A DNA stretch of 64,000 nt from an uncultured cyanobacterium (GCA_963740315.1 CAVUDP010000002.1:544001-608000); one strand, 5' to 3'. Shown: positions 38,731 to 48,883, counted from the stretch's first letter. The notes: generated by a model not told the origin, from the letters alone. Numbers and translations: made by a program.

Positions 38731-41160
38731 ATGGCAGAACTGCTGCCTCAATGCCAAAATCTAAAAGAACAAGTAGAATCTATTTTGCAATTACAGCAAG
38801 AACCGGCTTTGGCTTCTTGTGACGTTACCCCAACTCAAACTTCGTTGAGAAAAGCAATCTCTCCCAAGTTTGAAATCGTGTTTGCAGGTGCGTTTAGTGC
38901 GGGTAAATCGATGTTAATTAATGCACTGTTGGAGCGGGAATTGCTTTATAGTGCAGAAGGACACGCGACGGGTACGGAATGCAAAATAGAGTACGCGCAT
39001 CCTGAAGAAGAGCGAGTTGTTTTAACGTTTTTGAGTGAAGCAGAAGTTAGAGAACAGATTTTTTCTTTATGCGATCGCTTGGGATTGCATAAGGTTGAAA
39101 ATATTAACCTTGAAGATGCAATTGAGCTATTGCACCAAGGATGTGAAGCTATTATCCAGCAAGAAGGTGGCGAAAGTAAATCCGAACGTGCGAAACAGGC
39201 GAAAGCGTTAATTTTATTGTTGTCGGGATACGTAGCAAACCGCCAGCACATTCATGCGATCGAAAATGCCACTTACTCGATGGAAGAGTTTAATTTTAAC
39301 AACCTCAAGGAAGCTGCTGGGTATGCGCGTCGGGGAAGTAATAGTGCGGTTTTGAAGCGGATTGAATATTATTGCAACCATCGACTGTTGCAGGATGGTA
39401 ACGTAATTATTGACACGCCCGGTATTGATGCGCCAGTAGAAAAAGATGCGCGGTTGACTTATGAGAAAATTCAGCATCCCGATACTTCTGCGGTGGTGTG
39501 TGTCTTAAAACCTGCCTCGATGGGGGATATGACAAAAGCTGAAACTCAACTTTTGCAAGAAATTCGCGATAACCCAGGAATTAGAGATAGAGTTTTTTAC
39601 GTCTTTAATCGTATTGATGAAAGTTGGTACAATACCGATTTAAGGCAAAGACTGGATAATTTAATTAATACTCAGTTTCAAACGGGTAGGGTTTTTAAAA
39701 CTAGTGGATTGCTAGGATTTTACGGCAGTCAGATTAAACAAACCACTTCCGAGGATAGGTTTGGTTTAGATTCTGTTTTCTTAGGTAAAATTCACAAGAC
39801 AGAATTAGAAGAAGAAACGCCACAGTTTGTCTACGAATTTCTACGTTACTGTACTGCTTCTGGAAAACTATCTCCCGAAAAGTTTCGGATTTCTGTAAAT
39901 AATTTTGAAACTCAGAATCAAAATTATGTAAGAATTTTATCAGAACAAGGAAGCTTATTAGTTAATCAATTAATTCAAGATAGCGGTGTTGAGGAATTTA
40001 AAACAGCTATTAATCGCTATCTTACTCAAGAAAAACGTCCCCAGTTATTTAAAAATTTGGCTGACGATTTAGAAGATGTTTGTATTCAAATCAAGAAATA
40101 TTATCAAAGTATACAGCGAGACTTAGACAGTCAACCGCAAGAAATTGAGGCGATGAAAGCCCAGGAATTGCAACGTCTCAATCAGCAGTTACAACAAGTA
40201 GGAAATGATTTTCGCCATCATATTGCAGCAGAAGTTAACCAGGTAGTAACCAATGCCTGCGACAAATTTGAAGCGGATTTTAATCAATTGCGATCGCGAA
40301 TGATTCACCGTTTGGATGAGTTATTGGATACTTTCTCCGTTGCCGACACTTATAAACGGGCGACTTTAAGTCATCCTCGCAATGCAACAGCGCCTTTAAT
40401 TGCCATTTTGGTAGAGGCGTTTTATTACTTAGCGAATCAGTTGGAAGAGATTTTGGTGGAGTCTTCCCAGAAAGTTGTTATTAATTTTTTTCAAAGGTTA
40501 AATGAAAGGATTCGTAAAGCTGAATATTATCGTCAGCTATATCGTTTACTGGGTAACGACGGAGGTTTAGAACAAGAATTACAAAAGTTAGAAAAACTGC
40601 TTTCTTTGGCTTTAGAAAATGCAGCGCGGGTTGAGTGCGATCGATTTGTAAGAGAAAGTCCTAGATTTTACGATGAAGGTACTTTTTCAATCTATCAGTT
40701 TCGCCAAACATTGCAGCAAACTTCTCAAACTTTCGATTGTGAAAGTATGGTAGAAGCTGAGCCAGCGATTAAACAACTGTTGAAATTAGATTTTGAACCA
40801 AAAGTTAGCGCCACTATTCGCATCACATTTCGCCAAACCATAAATCAAAGTTTTAAAACTCAGCTTTTACCAATGGCGGAAACCAAAAGTGATGATATTT
40901 TACAGCAGTATCCGAAAGCGCGTGCTTATTTAGAAAACACTTTGGAAAAAGAAGCCGAAGAGAAAGTTGCTTATAACAAACGACTTTTAGATGCTGTTTC
41001 TCGTAAAATTGCTAGTTTCAATCAATCTGTAACTGCTATCAACAGTTGCTTACAAACGATGCAATTATACGATTATTTATTGCCTACAATCGGCGAAACA
41101 CTTACAGAAATAGTTGATATTATATCGTCTGAAAATAACGGTATCGTTCAAACTATATAA
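38731..41160 (+). CDS. dynamin-like GTPase
   Basis: G1 GAFSAGKS, G2 HATGT, G3 DTPG, G4 NRID, long helical C-terminus; ATG 38731 preferred over TTG 38629. Confidence 0.87.
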   Translation: MAELLPQCQNLKEQVESILQLQQEPALASCDVTPTQTSLRKAISPKFEIVFAGAFSAGKSMLINALLERELLYSAEGHATGTECKIEYAHPEEERVVLTFLSEAEVREQIFSLCDRLGLHKVENINLEDAIELLHQGCEAIIQQEGGESKSERAKQAKALILLLSGYVANRQHIHAIENATYSMEEFNFNNLKEAAGYARRGSNSAVLKRIEYYCNHRLLQDGNVIIDTPGIDAPVEKDARLTYEKIQHPDTSAVVCVLKPASMGDMTKAETQLLQEIRDNPGIRDRVFYVFNRIDESWYNTDLRQRLDNLINTQFQTGRVFKTSGLLGFYGSQIKQTTSEDRFGLDSVFLGKIHKTELEEETPQFVYEFLRYCTASGKLSPEKFRISVNNFETQNQNYVRILSEQGSLLVNQLIQDSGVEEFKTAINRYLTQEKRPQLFKNLADDLEDVCIQIKKYYQSIQRDLDSQPQEIEAMKAQELQRLNQQLQQVGNDFRHHIAAEVNQVVTNACDKFEADFNQLRSRMIHRLDELLDTFSVADTYKRATLSHPRNATAPLIAILVEAFYYLANQLEEILVESSQKVVINFFQRLNERIRKAEYYRQLYRLLGNDGGLEQELQKLEKLLSLALENAARVECDRFVRESPRFYDEGTFSIYQFRQTLQQTSQTFDCESMVEAEPAIKQLLKLDFEPKVSATIRITFRQTINQSFKTQLLPMAETKSDDILQQYPKARAYLENTLEKEAEEKVAYNKRLLDAVSRKIASFNQSVTAINSCLQTMQLYDYLLPTIGETLTEIVDIISSENNGIVQTI

Positions 41161-41244
41161 GCGATTATCATTGATGTCGTCTTGATGACAGAGATACCAG
41201 CAAAATATTGGTAACTTAATTGAAAATTCTCATAAATGATTTAA

Positions 41245-41691
41245 ATGGATATGGAAAGCAAATTCAAACCTTTGAGGTGCAATAACGATGATGTTTTGTC
41301 TTATAACGGTAACTTACTTAAGTTTAGCCAGCTTAAGCAGCAGTTAGAAGATGAATTATGGCAAAAAGTCAACTATCTGCTCGCAAAAGAAAATGATGGA
41401 TATCATAGCAAAGAAAGAATAAATGAGTTGATTAATACTTCCTTCGGTTATTGCAATATCAGCGTTACCTTATCATCACCAGAAGAAGGAAATGATTGCG
41501 AGATTCTCAGACTTGGTGCTAAAAGCTGGCAAAAAGGAAAAATTAGAATTCAATCATCTATAGATTTCTTACCCAACGAGAAAGATGCTACTAAAATCGC
41601 GAAAATTGTGTTTAACTTAGAATTCTTCTCCGAGGAATACGAAGTTCAAAAGCCGAAATTATCTTTTGACGATATGATGTATGCTGCATAA
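41245..41691 (+). CDS. KGK domain protein
   Basis: 'C.NDDVLS' and 'EG.DCEILRLGAKSWQKGKIRI' motifs. Confidence 0.85.
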   Translation: MDMESKFKPLRCNNDDVLSYNGNLLKFSQLKQQLEDELWQKVNYLLAKENDGYHSKERINELINTSFGYCNISVTLSSPEEGNDCEILRLGAKSWQKGKIRIQSSIDFLPNEKDATKIAKIVFNLEFFSEEYEVQKPKLSFDDMMYAA

Positions 41692-41832
41692 CAGATAAGT
41701 TAAGACTTTTTCTATCTAAGTTCGATCGTCTCAGTTTAGAGATGAAAATTCAACGACGAATTTTGAAGATATTTTTACAGTAAGCGTTTCCCGTAAACTT
41801 AAGTATCTGAAATAGATTTTTTCGGACTAAAT

Positions 41833-42297
41833 ATGCATCGCCAATTTGAATCTTTGACTGAAGATAATGAGTTTATTGTACTCAACAATATTGTTTTTAA
41901 TGCTAATAAAATTAAAACCAGTATTATTGGAGATTTTAAACCGAAAAAGAATAATTTAAATTTTTGTCGCAAAAATCTATTTCTGAGAAAATATTTTATA
42001 GAAATAAATAACCAGGGAATATTTAACCGAATTGAATGGAAGTTTTGGTTAAAAGAAGATATTCAGTGCAAATTAATTACCGTTGATAAAATTATAAAAT
42101 TAGAAGAATTACAAATAAAAGTTATTTTAGACTTTTCATCACCGCTAAATAAAAACAACGAATATTGTGACTTAAAAGTTTTACTATATTTCTCACTTCA
42201 AGAATTAGAAACTAAACAAACAACTGCTTTAAAAAGTATCCATGAGCAAAACACCGCGTATTTCTATCCCCTCAGCAGTGAGAAAATATGTATTTGA
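41833..42297 (+). CDS. hypothetical protein, possibly a degenerate KGK-family paralog
   Basis: 'M..QFESL', 'WLKEDIQCKLI...LQIKVILDF' aligns loosely with the KGK pattern but lacks WxKGK. Confidence 0.55.
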   Translation: MHRQFESLTEDNEFIVLNNIVFNANKIKTSIIGDFKPKKNNLNFCRKNLFLRKYFIEINNQGIFNRIEWKFWLKEDIQCKLITVDKIIKLEELQIKVILDFSSPLNKNNEYCDLKVLLYFSLQELETKQTTALKSIHEQNTAYFYPLSSEKICI

Positions 42298-42484
42298 ACG
42301 TAATAACTACCAATGTCAAAGCTGCGGTAAACAGTATGGAGAAACCGATCTAACTATCGATCATATTATCCCTTTAGCGCGTGGTGGATCGAACGATATT
42401 AGCAATTTACAAACTTTGTGCTTTAGCTGTAATTGTAAAAAGACAGATAGTATTGATAATCGGTTTCGGCGTTATTTTGATTAG
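42242..42484 (+). CDS. small HNH endonuclease
   Basis: 'CQSCG...TIDHIIPLARGGSNDISNLQTLCFSCN..K'. Confidence 0.9.
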   Translation: MSKTPRISIPSAVRKYVFERNNYQCQSCGKQYGETDLTIDHIIPLARGGSNDISNLQTLCFSCNCKKTDSIDNRFRRYFD

Positions 42485-42573
42485 CTGTATTGTAGGTTGT
42501 GTTATGGTGCGATCGATAATTCGGGTTATGACAAAATATTTATTTCGCGCCTAATGTACCGTTTAAGATTCCC

Positions 42574-42703
42574 TAAGTACTTAGACAAAATTAATTGTAT
42601 ATTTGTCATTGCGAGTGGAACGAAGTGAAGCGAAGCAATCCCAACGTCTTGTGATTGCTTCGCTTCGCTCGCAATGACATAAATATTTTTGTCCACCTAC
42701 TTA
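42574..42703. repeat. 130-bp MITE-like palindromic element
   Basis: Imperfect terminal IRs TAAGTACTTAGACAAAA / TTTTGTCCACCTACTTA; internal IR GTCATTGCGAG...CTCGCAATGAC. Confidence 0.8.
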
Positions 42704-42724
42704 ATTATTTAGTAAGTTATATGA

Positions 42725-42853
42725 TACCTGGCGATTAAATATGCCGCACCTAGCGGTGAACGCGGCTACACAGGCAAAACCCGCCTGAGCCGCACCTGAG
42801 CCGCACTATGTCTTCGACACATCTTCGATGAACGTGAACGGTGAACGCGGGTT
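42725..42853. repeat. GGCTACACAGGC family repeat with multiply nested mini-insertions
   Basis: Nearly identical to 855-925 apart from a 58-nt insertion at 42787-42844. Confidence 0.8.
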
Positions 42854-42875
42854 ATAAATTATCATTTTTTTAATT

Positions 42876-43439
42876 CTAATTACCGCTCATTTTTAACCAT
42901 GCAAAAACTTGATTGGGAGTAAGCGTTAATTCAATTTCTGGTAATACTAATAAAACGTCTTCTCCTTGAAACAGTACGGGTTGTTTTCCCGGTTCAAATA
43001 TTAAAATACTTGAGTCATCAGCATCGAGAAACCACCCCAAACGAGTGCCATATTTCAAACAATGAAGAATATTACCAATAACTTTATTCGGTTTTTGATC
43101 TGGTGAAAGGATTTCAATAGTCCAATCTGGTGGATTTTCAAAGTTATCGGGAACATCACCATCAGCAGTAAAAGCGATGTTATCCCATTTAAAAACTGCA
43201 ATATCCGGTATTATAGAACGTCCCCCAAAGGTACAGCGCAACTTAGGAAATGCATAAGCAATTTTTTTGTCTTCAACTTCTTGGTTAATTGCAGTGCAGA
43301 GTTTTCCTTGTAAACGGCTGTGTCTTCCTTTTGGCATCGGTTTTTGAATAATTTGTCCGTTGATGTACTCGCTTGCTGGTTTGGTTTCTGGAAGTTTGAG
43401 GAATTCTTCTAGGGTTAGCGGTTGGGTGGTTATAACCAT
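42876..43439 (-). CDS. Uma2 family (DUF820) protein
   Basis: 'LTLEEFLKLPETKPASEYING', 'IIPDIAV', 'PDWTIEILSP', 'GTRLGW'. Confidence 0.92.
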   Translation of the reverse strand: MVITTQPLTLEEFLKLPETKPASEYINGQIIQKPMPKGRHSRLQGKLCTAINQEVEDKKIAYAFPKLRCTFGGRSIIPDIAVFKWDNIAFTADGDVPDNFENPPDWTIEILSPDQKPNKVIGNILHCLKYGTRLGWFLDADDSSILIFEPGKQPVLFQGEDVLLVLPEIELTLTPNQVFAWLKMSGN

Positions 43440-43532
43440 GACTTTAGCTGGGGAGGGGGTGTTGATAGTTTAGCTTTTTGGATGTGTGGGGGTTTTGGGA
43501 TTGCGATCGCGCTTTGAGATGATTGTAAAAAT

Positions 43533-43864
43533 GTAGGGGTTGAGTTAGGCGCAAAAGAATAAATATTGCAAGCTAACCCAACATTGCATTATTTATCCAC
43601 AATTGTGATGTTGGGTTACGACACGATTTATATAGATTATCGTTACAAATTTAATTTGGTAAACGTATCTAACCCAACCTACAAACTACGAAATCGAAAA
43701 AACATATATTTAGTAGTGCGAGCATCTTGCTCGCTAATAATTCAATCATCTTGCTCGCTAGTAATTCACCAATCACATAATCAAGGTGCGTTACGCTCCG
43801 CGATAACACACCCTACAAAAGACACCATACAAAACAAAAAGACGTTGCACTGCAACGTCTCTAC
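43533..43864. repeat. cluster of several different GTAG/CTAC-ended REP-like palindromes
   Basis: GTTGGGTTA...TAACCCAACCTAC (about 43610-43682), GTAGTGCGAGCATCTTGCTCGC (about 43713-43734), GGTGCGTTA...TAACACACCCTAC (43785-43816), AGACGTTGCACTGCAACGTCTCTAC (43840-43864). Confidence 0.75.
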
Positions 43865-43911
43865 ATTATTAATGGGTTTTATTCAAAAAATACCGTTGTC
43901 TACAGAATTTT

Positions 43912-46560
43912 TTATCCCAACTGACTCAACCAATGACTAACATCAACCTTTAACTTTTGTCCCAATTTCAAAAGTTGACGCAATTGATTTGTATCTTTAT
44001 GGTTGACAATTTCACCGATCGCTTTAGGCAGTATTTCAGCGTGCAGGCAATTGAAGTACAATTCTTGAGAACGCTCTAAGGAAATGCCCAAACTCAAATG
44101 TTGTTCTACTTCAATCAATTTTTCCAAACGCTGTATCTGGAAATCAAAACTACCGTTGGCATCGTACAATAATTGCCACAACAAGCGCAAGCTCAATCGC
44201 TCTAGTATCTGTTTTCCTTCGGGAAGATTCAAATTACAGTGCAAATGTTTCGCTTCGTTGGCGATCGCATCTAATTCTACTAGGTGATTCCAACTCAGCG
44301 CTTCGTCGATATCCTGTTCTAATGCCCGCAATGTCATCATACACCGATATTCTAAGGCAATTTCGGCTGCTGCCTGTAATTCTTTGGGTGCTTCTAATCC
44401 GTCTCGGTGGAATGCCATCAGCACTCCGTAGTTATCCCGATAGGTTTGAGTATAAAGCTGGTCTACTCGTGAAAGCGTTTCTTCACTCAATAACCTCATT
44501 AATCTATGGCGCTCTTCGGCAAAAAGATTTTGTAAATTGAAGGATTCTTCGCCAAATATCTGGGTCATTGCTAAGATAGTATGAGCCGCGCTGCCTTGCT
44601 GCAAGGCATTTAACAGCTTCTCTTTGATTTGGGTGTAATTCCGTTTACCTTCAAACGGTTGGATGCAGCAGTGAAAATCCCAACCTCCTAAATGCAATAC
44701 GGCGAAGGTCATTTGCTGGCTTTCCCAGGTAACTTCGGAGACTAACTTCAAATGCCCTACTGCTATAGTTAATGAACCCAAACGCTGCAATTGATGATCC
44801 AATTCGTTTGCGGTGTAACAATAAACCTGTTTTTGATAGATACGCGAATCGTTAAAATCGTTGTTTTTGTCAGTAAAACCTGACTTCTCTACAGGCTGAT
44901 GTCCGTTAAATAAAGATGTAATCGCGTAGTGGGCTGTAACTTCTTTGAAGCTAATTTGAGAAGGTAGCACCAACTGACGATAAACTTCAGCACCCGTTCT
45001 AAAACTATCAATATTGGTAGGGGCGCTAGCAAGTCGTTTGATAAAAGCTTTTTCTAATTGTACCCCTGCCACTTCTGCTGCTAATTCCATAGCGCGAGCC
45101 GCATAACGGAGAATTTGAGTTCCTTCGGGACGAGAAAGTTCTTCAAAAAACCATCCGCAACTGGTAAACATTAATAATGAGTGACGCTGCATTTCTAATA
45201 AACGTAAAGCGTCTACCTGTTCGGATGCCTGTAATTTATGGTTCTGATGTTGATTTAAGAAGCTGGAAATATTGCCAGCACACCGATCTAGTACAATCTG
45301 TACATATTCATCTCGTGTTTGCCAGGGATCGGAAAAATATTTACTACCTTGTTCCTCATACACTTCTACCAATCGATCCCGGAGCCAGTTGAGAGAATCA
45401 CGCAATGGTTTGCGCCATTTTAAATGCCAATTGGGGGCACCACCGCAACCACAATCATCTTGCCATCGATCGACACCGTGAGCGCAACTCCAAGCAGTAA
45501 CTGGCTTTAACTCAACTTCCCACGTCGGAGTATTTAAGCTGAGATAGTGAGCGAAATTAGTTACCGTCCAACCTCGATCGGGGAATTCTTGAGTAAAAGC
45601 ATAAGCCAAAGTTTTCTCGGTACCCTTTTTGTGGTGTCCGAAAGTCTCTCCATCGGTAGCAACCGAAATAACTTGAGACTGACGGCGATCGCCACGCACC
45701 GCTGCACCAATTCGTCCTGCAAAGTGGCTGGAATTGAAAACTACATCGCTAAAACCCATGTCTCGCGAAATCGGTCCGTCATAGAAAAATATATCAATAT
45801 ATTGACGTTCTGACTCATTTCCTGGCAAATAACAGCGATAAGGACGAGTGGGATCGATTTGATTCCCCCCAACTTCATGCCATTCAGATTCGGGTTGCTC
45901 AGAAGTGGGAATCAGACGACAACGCTCGGCTTGGGAAGGTGCAAGAATAATGAAGCGAATATCTTCAGCTACCAAAGCTTGTAGCGTTGCATAATCGACG
46001 GCAGCTTCCGCCAACCACATTCCTTCGGGATCGCGTCCAAACCGGGAACGGAAATCTGCTTTACCCCAACGAATCTGGCTTAACTTATCGCGTTCGCTTG
46101 CCAACGGCATAATAATGTGGTTGTATACTTGCGCGATCGCATTACCATGACCGTTCAAACGCTCGCTACTTTTCCTGTCTGCCTCGATAATTCGCTGATA
46201 TACGTCAATATCGTAGTTTTGCAACCATGACATCAATGTCGGACCGATATTGAAGCTCATATACTCGTAATTATTTACGATCCCCGCCACATCACCATGC
46301 TCGTTTAAGATTCTGGCAAAAGCATTGGGACGATAGCACTCGTGGTGAATTCGTTCGTTCCAATCGTGAAACGGTGCGGCACCCGGTTGACGCTCGATCG
46401 CGTTTAAATAAGGGTTTTCCCTTGGTGGCTGGTAGAAATGACCGTGTACCGTGACGTAAACCCCTGTAGCCGCCTTTAAAGGATCGACGCTAGGGATATT
46501 GGTATTTTTTGCGATCGAACTTGCACCAACAGAAGTTGGTAACTCAGCAGCAGAAGTCAT
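43912..46560 (-). CDS. glycoside hydrolase family 57 / DUF3536 protein
   Basis: 'HGHFYQPPRENP', 'YNHIIMPL', 'GMWLAEAA', 'ATDGETFGHH', 'WSCAHGV.RW', 'MFTSCGWFF'. Confidence 0.9.
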   Translation of the reverse strand: MTSAAELPTSVGASSIAKNTNIPSVDPLKAATGVYVTVHGHFYQPPRENPYLNAIERQPGAAPFHDWNERIHHECYRPNAFARILNEHGDVAGIVNNYEYMSFNIGPTLMSWLQNYDIDVYQRIIEADRKSSERLNGHGNAIAQVYNHIIMPLASERDKLSQIRWGKADFRSRFGRDPEGMWLAEAAVDYATLQALVAEDIRFIILAPSQAERCRLIPTSEQPESEWHEVGGNQIDPTRPYRCYLPGNESERQYIDIFFYDGPISRDMGFSDVVFNSSHFAGRIGAAVRGDRRQSQVISVATDGETFGHHKKGTEKTLAYAFTQEFPDRGWTVTNFAHYLSLNTPTWEVELKPVTAWSCAHGVDRWQDDCGCGGAPNWHLKWRKPLRDSLNWLRDRLVEVYEEQGSKYFSDPWQTRDEYVQIVLDRCAGNISSFLNQHQNHKLQASEQVDALRLLEMQRHSLLMFTSCGWFFEELSRPEGTQILRYAARAMELAAEVAGVQLEKAFIKRLASAPTNIDSFRTGAEVYRQLVLPSQISFKEVTAHYAITSLFNGHQPVEKSGFTDKNNDFNDSRIYQKQVYCYTANELDHQLQRLGSLTIAVGHLKLVSEVTWESQQMTFAVLHLGGWDFHCCIQPFEGKRNYTQIKEKLLNALQQGSAAHTILAMTQIFGEESFNLQNLFAEERHRLMRLLSEETLSRVDQLYTQTYRDNYGVLMAFHRDGLEAPKELQAAAEIALEYRCMMTLRALEQDIDEALSWNHLVELDAIANEAKHLHCNLNLPEGKQILERLSLRLLWQLLYDANGSFDFQIQRLEKLIEVEQHLSLGISLERSQELYFNCLHAEILPKAIGEIVNHKDTNQLRQLLKLGQKLKVDVSHWLSQLG

Positions 46561-47180
46561 GTAGAGTTATTCCTTTAATTCGTAAACTTGCAATTGCGCC
46601 GAACAATACCTATCGTTTTATTCTATAAAGCTATTTTCAGAAATAATAATCAAATTTATAGTTTGTTTAGAGTAGTCAGAGACGGCATCTGCATCAAAAA
46701 TTATACTAGATGTCTGCCATTCGGTTCGGTCGAGTCATGCAGACAAACTACAACAAAGAACTAACTGTTTTATTTTTCTTATGGGTAAAGTTTTCTCCCG
46801 GTAGTTTTAAGAAAAATTTTAATTCTCTGTTAATAAATTAAAGCACCTAAATCAGTATAGAATATATTGCGGAATTTTTGAATTTTTGAATTTTGCAAAC
46901 AAAGATTGCTCGCAGTACGTAAAACGTAATCTTATTTTATATATCCGGAGAAAAAATCAAAACAGTAAAATTTCGGAAGCCTATGCTTGGGGGCTGGGGA
47001 GTATGTTGGAGTAAGGTCGTTCTATCTTCATATATTTGATTAATATTAGTGATTGATGAAAAGATAATTAATCAAGGATTAGCATCAAAAAAGCGAAATA
47101 GTTAGTGACTGTTTCTTCAGATAAAAATCCTTATCATACAAGACTTAGGGCGACTAACCAACGGCAACATAAGGTAAAAA

Positions 47181-48272
47181 ATGTCTGGAAAAAAAATTGT
47201 GCTTGTGTCTCTGCTCGCTTTAATTCCCGTTTCTTTAGCGGCAAAGTATCTCGAATGGGGAGACTTGATAATATTCATTACGGCTGGATTGGCGATTATC
47301 CCCTTAGCAGCTTGGATGGGTACGGCTACAGAAGAAATTGCAGTAGTAGTAGGACCTAACCTTGGAGGATTATTAAATGCCACCTTTGGTAATGCTACAG
47401 AATTAATTATTGCCATAATTGCGCTTAAAGCTGGTTATGTCAACGTAGTAAAAGCGAGTATTACGGGTTCTATAATCAGTAACTTGCTTTTGGTAATGGG
47501 ATTTGCCATGTTGTTGGGTGGAATCCGCTATAAAGAACAAACATTTCAATCATTAGTAGCGCGGATGAATGCAGCAGCCATGAACTTGGCAGTGATTGCA
47601 ATTTTGGTACCAACAGCGGTTAACTATACCTCAGAAGGGATTAGCGAAACAACTTTGCAAAACCTTTCTCTTGCTGTAGCTGTAGTGTTAATCATTGTTT
47701 ATCTCTTGACTTTGTTGTTTTCCATGAAAACTCACTCTTACTTATTTGATGTAGGTGTCGCAGAAACAGAAGCAATGGAAACCCCCGAAACTCAGCCAAA
47801 TCTGCCGTTATGGGTTGGAGTATTATTTGGATGCACCATACTTGTAGCCTTTGAGTCGGAATTCTTAGTTGATTCCTTAGAAGTAGCTACATCTCAACTA
47901 GGTTTAACGGCATTATTTACAGGTGTAATTATAGTACCGATCATTGGTAACGCCGCAGAACACGCTACAGCAGTTACCGTAGCGATGAAAGATAAAATGG
48001 ATCTTTCGGTTTCCGTAGCCGTGGGTTCTACGATGCAGATAGCCTTATTTGTAGCTCCTCTTTTAGTCATAATCGGTAAATTCATGGGGCAGCCAATGGA
48101 TTTAGATTTCCATCCCTTTGAACTAGTAGCTGTTGCTGCGTCAGTTTTAATTGCCAACAGCATTAGTTCCGATGGAAAATCAAACTGGTTAGAAGGAACT
48201 TTACTGCTCGCAACCTACGCCGTATTAGGATTTGCTTTCTTCTTTCATCCAATAATTGAAGGAATTGGGTAA
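47181..48272 (+). CDS. cax: calcium/proton antiporter (CAX/ChaA family)
   Basis: Alpha-repeat motifs 'NATFGNATELII' and 'IIGNAAEH'; about 11 TM segments. Confidence 0.92.
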   Translation: MSGKKIVLVSLLALIPVSLAAKYLEWGDLIIFITAGLAIIPLAAWMGTATEEIAVVVGPNLGGLLNATFGNATELIIAIIALKAGYVNVVKASITGSIISNLLLVMGFAMLLGGIRYKEQTFQSLVARMNAAAMNLAVIAILVPTAVNYTSEGISETTLQNLSLAVAVVLIIVYLLTLLFSMKTHSYLFDVGVAETEAMETPETQPNLPLWVGVLFGCTILVAFESEFLVDSLEVATSQLGLTALFTGVIIVPIIGNAAEHATAVTVAMKDKMDLSVSVAVGSTMQIALFVAPLLVIIGKFMGQPMDLDFHPFELVAVAASVLIANSISSDGKSNWLEGTLLLATYAVLGFAFFFHPIIEGIG

Positions 48273-48775
48273 GCAGTTAACAGTGAGCAGTTAACAGTTA
48301 GCAGTTAGCAGTTAGCAGTTAGCAGTTAGCAGTTAGCAGTTAAGAGTTAGCAGTTAAGAGTTAGGAGTTAGGAGTTAGGAGTAGTGCGAGCATCTTGCTC
48401 GCTATTTAACTACCCCCCTCTCCCCCTCTCCCCCTCTCCCCATCTCCCCCATCTCCCCCATCTCCCCCTCTCCCCCTCTCCCCATCTCCCCCTCTCCCCA
48501 AAGGTTACTGAGCAGTTCGACGTAGCTCACTGTAAGACTTGTCGAAGTACTCCCCCTCTCCCCAAAGGTTACTGAGCAGTTCGACGTAGCTCACTGTAAG
48601 ACTTGTCGAAGTACTCCCCCTCTCCCCAAAGGTTACTGAGCAGTTCGACGTAGCTCACTGTAAGACTTGTCGAAGTACTCCCCCTCTCCCCCTCTCCCCA
48701 TCTCCCCCATCTCCCCATCTCCCCATCCCCCCATCTCCCCATCCCCCCATCTCCCCCTCCCCCCATCTCCCCCCA
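48273..48775. repeat. composite STRR region with three identical 64-bp tandem units (nested SDR1-like elements at 48503-48549, 48567-48613, 48631-48677)
   Basis: (GCAGTTA)n, (TAGGAGT)n, a REP-like palindrome, (CCCCTCT/CCCCATCT)n and three copies of GGTTACTGAGCAGTTCGACGTAGCTCACTGTAAGACTTGTCGAAGTA. Confidence 0.9.
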
Positions 48776-48850
48776 ACGGGTACTGTTAAGGCATATTAAT
48801 CTAACTTACGCTGTAGATATGAAATCGTAGTTCATGGAGGTTTGAACTGT

Positions 48851-48883
48851 AACCACGGATAAAGTTTTTATCTGTGGTTTTTT
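48851..48883 (+). terminator. putative intrinsic terminator hairpin
   Basis: AACCACGGATAAA-GTT-TTTATCTGTGGTT followed by a T run. Confidence 0.5.

Noticed and set aside
43566..43940. 124-aa ORF
   Set aside because: Runs through a cluster of REP-like palindromes and overlaps the GH57 gene end
48503..48677. CRISPR-like periodic array (47-nt unit plus 17-nt linker, three times)
   Set aside because: The linkers are identical STRR-derived sequence rather than unique spacers, and there are no cas genes; it is a tandem amplification
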